Shown here: positions 63,048-64,000 of the stretch, piece by piece
Layout of the letters: each line of letters begins with the position of its first letter
Numbering within the stretch: position 1 is the first letter of the stretch
NCBI GenBank assembly: GCA_045600605.1
Contig: JAZRYG010000060.1
Span: forward strand, 17,131-81,130
Direction of reading: 5' to 3'
Length of the DNA stretch: 64,000 bases
DNA from: Bacteroidales bacterium
GTDB taxonomy: Bacteria; Bacteroidota; Bacteroidia; Bacteroidales; F082
Notes under the pieces: generated by a model
Told to the model about the DNA's origin: nothing
The model's database searches: none
Seen by the model: the letters and a program-made list of their open reading frames with translations, nothing else
Translations under genes and position numbers: made by a program

Positions 63048-64000
63048 TCCCGTTGATTCTATACAGAACTGTCATGCCCGGACGCAGGCCATCCACCCGC
63101 TCCACAGGCTCCGCCCGCACCTCGAAAGTCTTGAGGTCGTACTGCCCTGTCTGCTTGGTGGCCTTCCACGCGGCGTAGTCGCCACGGTCTTTCATGTACG
63201 ACACGCGCATTGTGGCGGTCTCGCCCAAGGCCGGGATCTCCGCCGTGAACAGCTGACCCACCGGCATTTTCGCGAGATAGTCCTCACGGACGTTGAATGT
63301 CGCCCACATCTTGTCCATCATGGCGATGTTCATGACAGGCGCGCCGGTGCCCACGAGCTCGCCGATATGTGGGAAGATCTCCGTCACCTCGCCGTCGGCG
63401 TAGGCCAACAGATACGTCTCGTTGATGTAAGAGTTGACTTCCTCCACGACGCCCTTGGCCTGCTCGTATTTCGCGGCGGCCATCTCCTTGTCTTCCTTCT
63501 GTGCGCCGTTCACCGCCATGTCGTACTGCGACTTGGCTGCGCGTTCGGTGGCCATGGCTGCGTCGTACTGCGCCTTCGTCTCGTCGTATTTCTGTTCGCT
63601 CACGACACCTTCTTTGTAAAGGTTGCTCACGCGTTTGAACGACTTCTCCATGATTTCGCGGCCCACCTTGGCTTTCTGCCATATCTCGTAGGCGCCCTGT
63701 ATCTGTTCGGCGCGTGCGCCGGCCTCCGCCTTGTCGTTCAGGGCGCGGGCCTGTGTCTTGACGGCCTCGGCCTGTGCTCTCTTGGCCTCCACCTCCGGCG
63801 CCTCGATGATGGCAAGGGTGTCGCCCGCCATCACATGCTGGCCTTCCTTCACGCGGAACTCCATGATCCTGCCAGGAATCTTGCTCGAGACGCGGTACTC
63901 CGTGGCCTCCGCCTGCCCCTGCAAAATCTCGTCGGTCCTGCCGTACGTCAAAATACCTATTACGCATATCACCGCGATGACAATCGCCAAAACACCCAAT
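63040..64000 (-). CDS. HlyD-family periplasmic adaptor (membrane fusion protein), 5' end outside window
   Basis: TM anchor (LAIVIAVICVIGIL), a lipoyl-like hairpin (GRIMEFRVKEGQHVMAGDTLAIIE), a long coiled coil and a beta-barrel end. The frame is open to the window edge. Confidence 0.85.
   Translation of the reverse strand, partial: LGVLAIVIAVICVIGILTYGRTDEILQGQAEATEYRVSSKIPGRIMEFRVKEGQHVMAGDTLAIIEAPEVEAKRAQAEAVKTQARALNDKAEAGARAEQIQGAYEIWQKAKVGREIMEKSFKRVSNLYKEGVVSEQKYDETKAQYDAAMATERAAKSQYDMAVNGAQKEDKEMAAAKYEQAKGVVEEVNSYINETYLLAYADGEVTEIFPHIGELVGTGAPVMNIAMMDKMWATFNVREDYLAKMPVGQLFTAEIPALGETATMRVSYMKDRGDYAAWKATKQTGQYDLKTFEVRAEPVERVDGLRPGMTVLYRINGNE

Noticed and set aside
1-64000. Search by eye for tRNA, rRNA, tmRNA, RNase P RNA, SRP RNA, riboswitch cores, transposases, integrases and phage genes.
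   Set aside because: No conserved cores (for example GGTTCGAATCC-type T-arms, or RNase P and SRP motifs) and no recombinase-like ORFs were seen in any gap or ORF. This cannot be excluded without covariance-model scans.

Overview
This 64-kb chromosomal segment carries Bacteroidota/Bacteroidales signatures: TAnnTTTG -7 promoter boxes ahead of most operons, T9SS C-terminal sorting domains, lipoprotein signal peptides, a DUF4271-hemD pair, rnpA-yidD and LptF/G. I call 58 protein-coding genes. Most are housekeeping: gcvH, adk, hpt, purE, upp, deoC, ettA, ackA-pta, rnpA, yidD, a GH77 malQ-type enzyme, a GH3 glucosidase, a PiT phosphate transporter, glycosyltransferases, and MMPL/RND and ABC-2 exporters. 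I saw no rRNA, tRNA, CRISPR array, transposase or integrase. Accessory content is as follows. (1) An hpdBCA-type glycyl-radical 4-hydroxyphenylacetate decarboxylase operon, predicted to form p-cresol; this is the most notable gene system. (2) A split three-gene HipB / HipS-like / HipT-like kinase toxin-antitoxin module with three regularly spaced operator-like palindromes. (3) Two YafQ-type TA pairs. (4) A stand-alone AAA ATPase behind a tandem palindrome. (5) Two tandem gingipain-like (C25) T9SS proteases. The non-coding DNA is unusual. It holds a thrice-repeated intercistronic hairpin with a compensatory stem change. Exact 7-nt-period TAG/TAA arrays begin at or across stop codons, and two of them flank the SUMF1 gene. 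There is also a 29-bp bipartite hairpin, a GC-rich island and a repeated ATTCGTG element. I did not find a convincing entirely new multi-gene system; the candidates are ranked by interest in the findings. All functional calls rest on motif recognition by eye. No database search, folding or statistics could be run.
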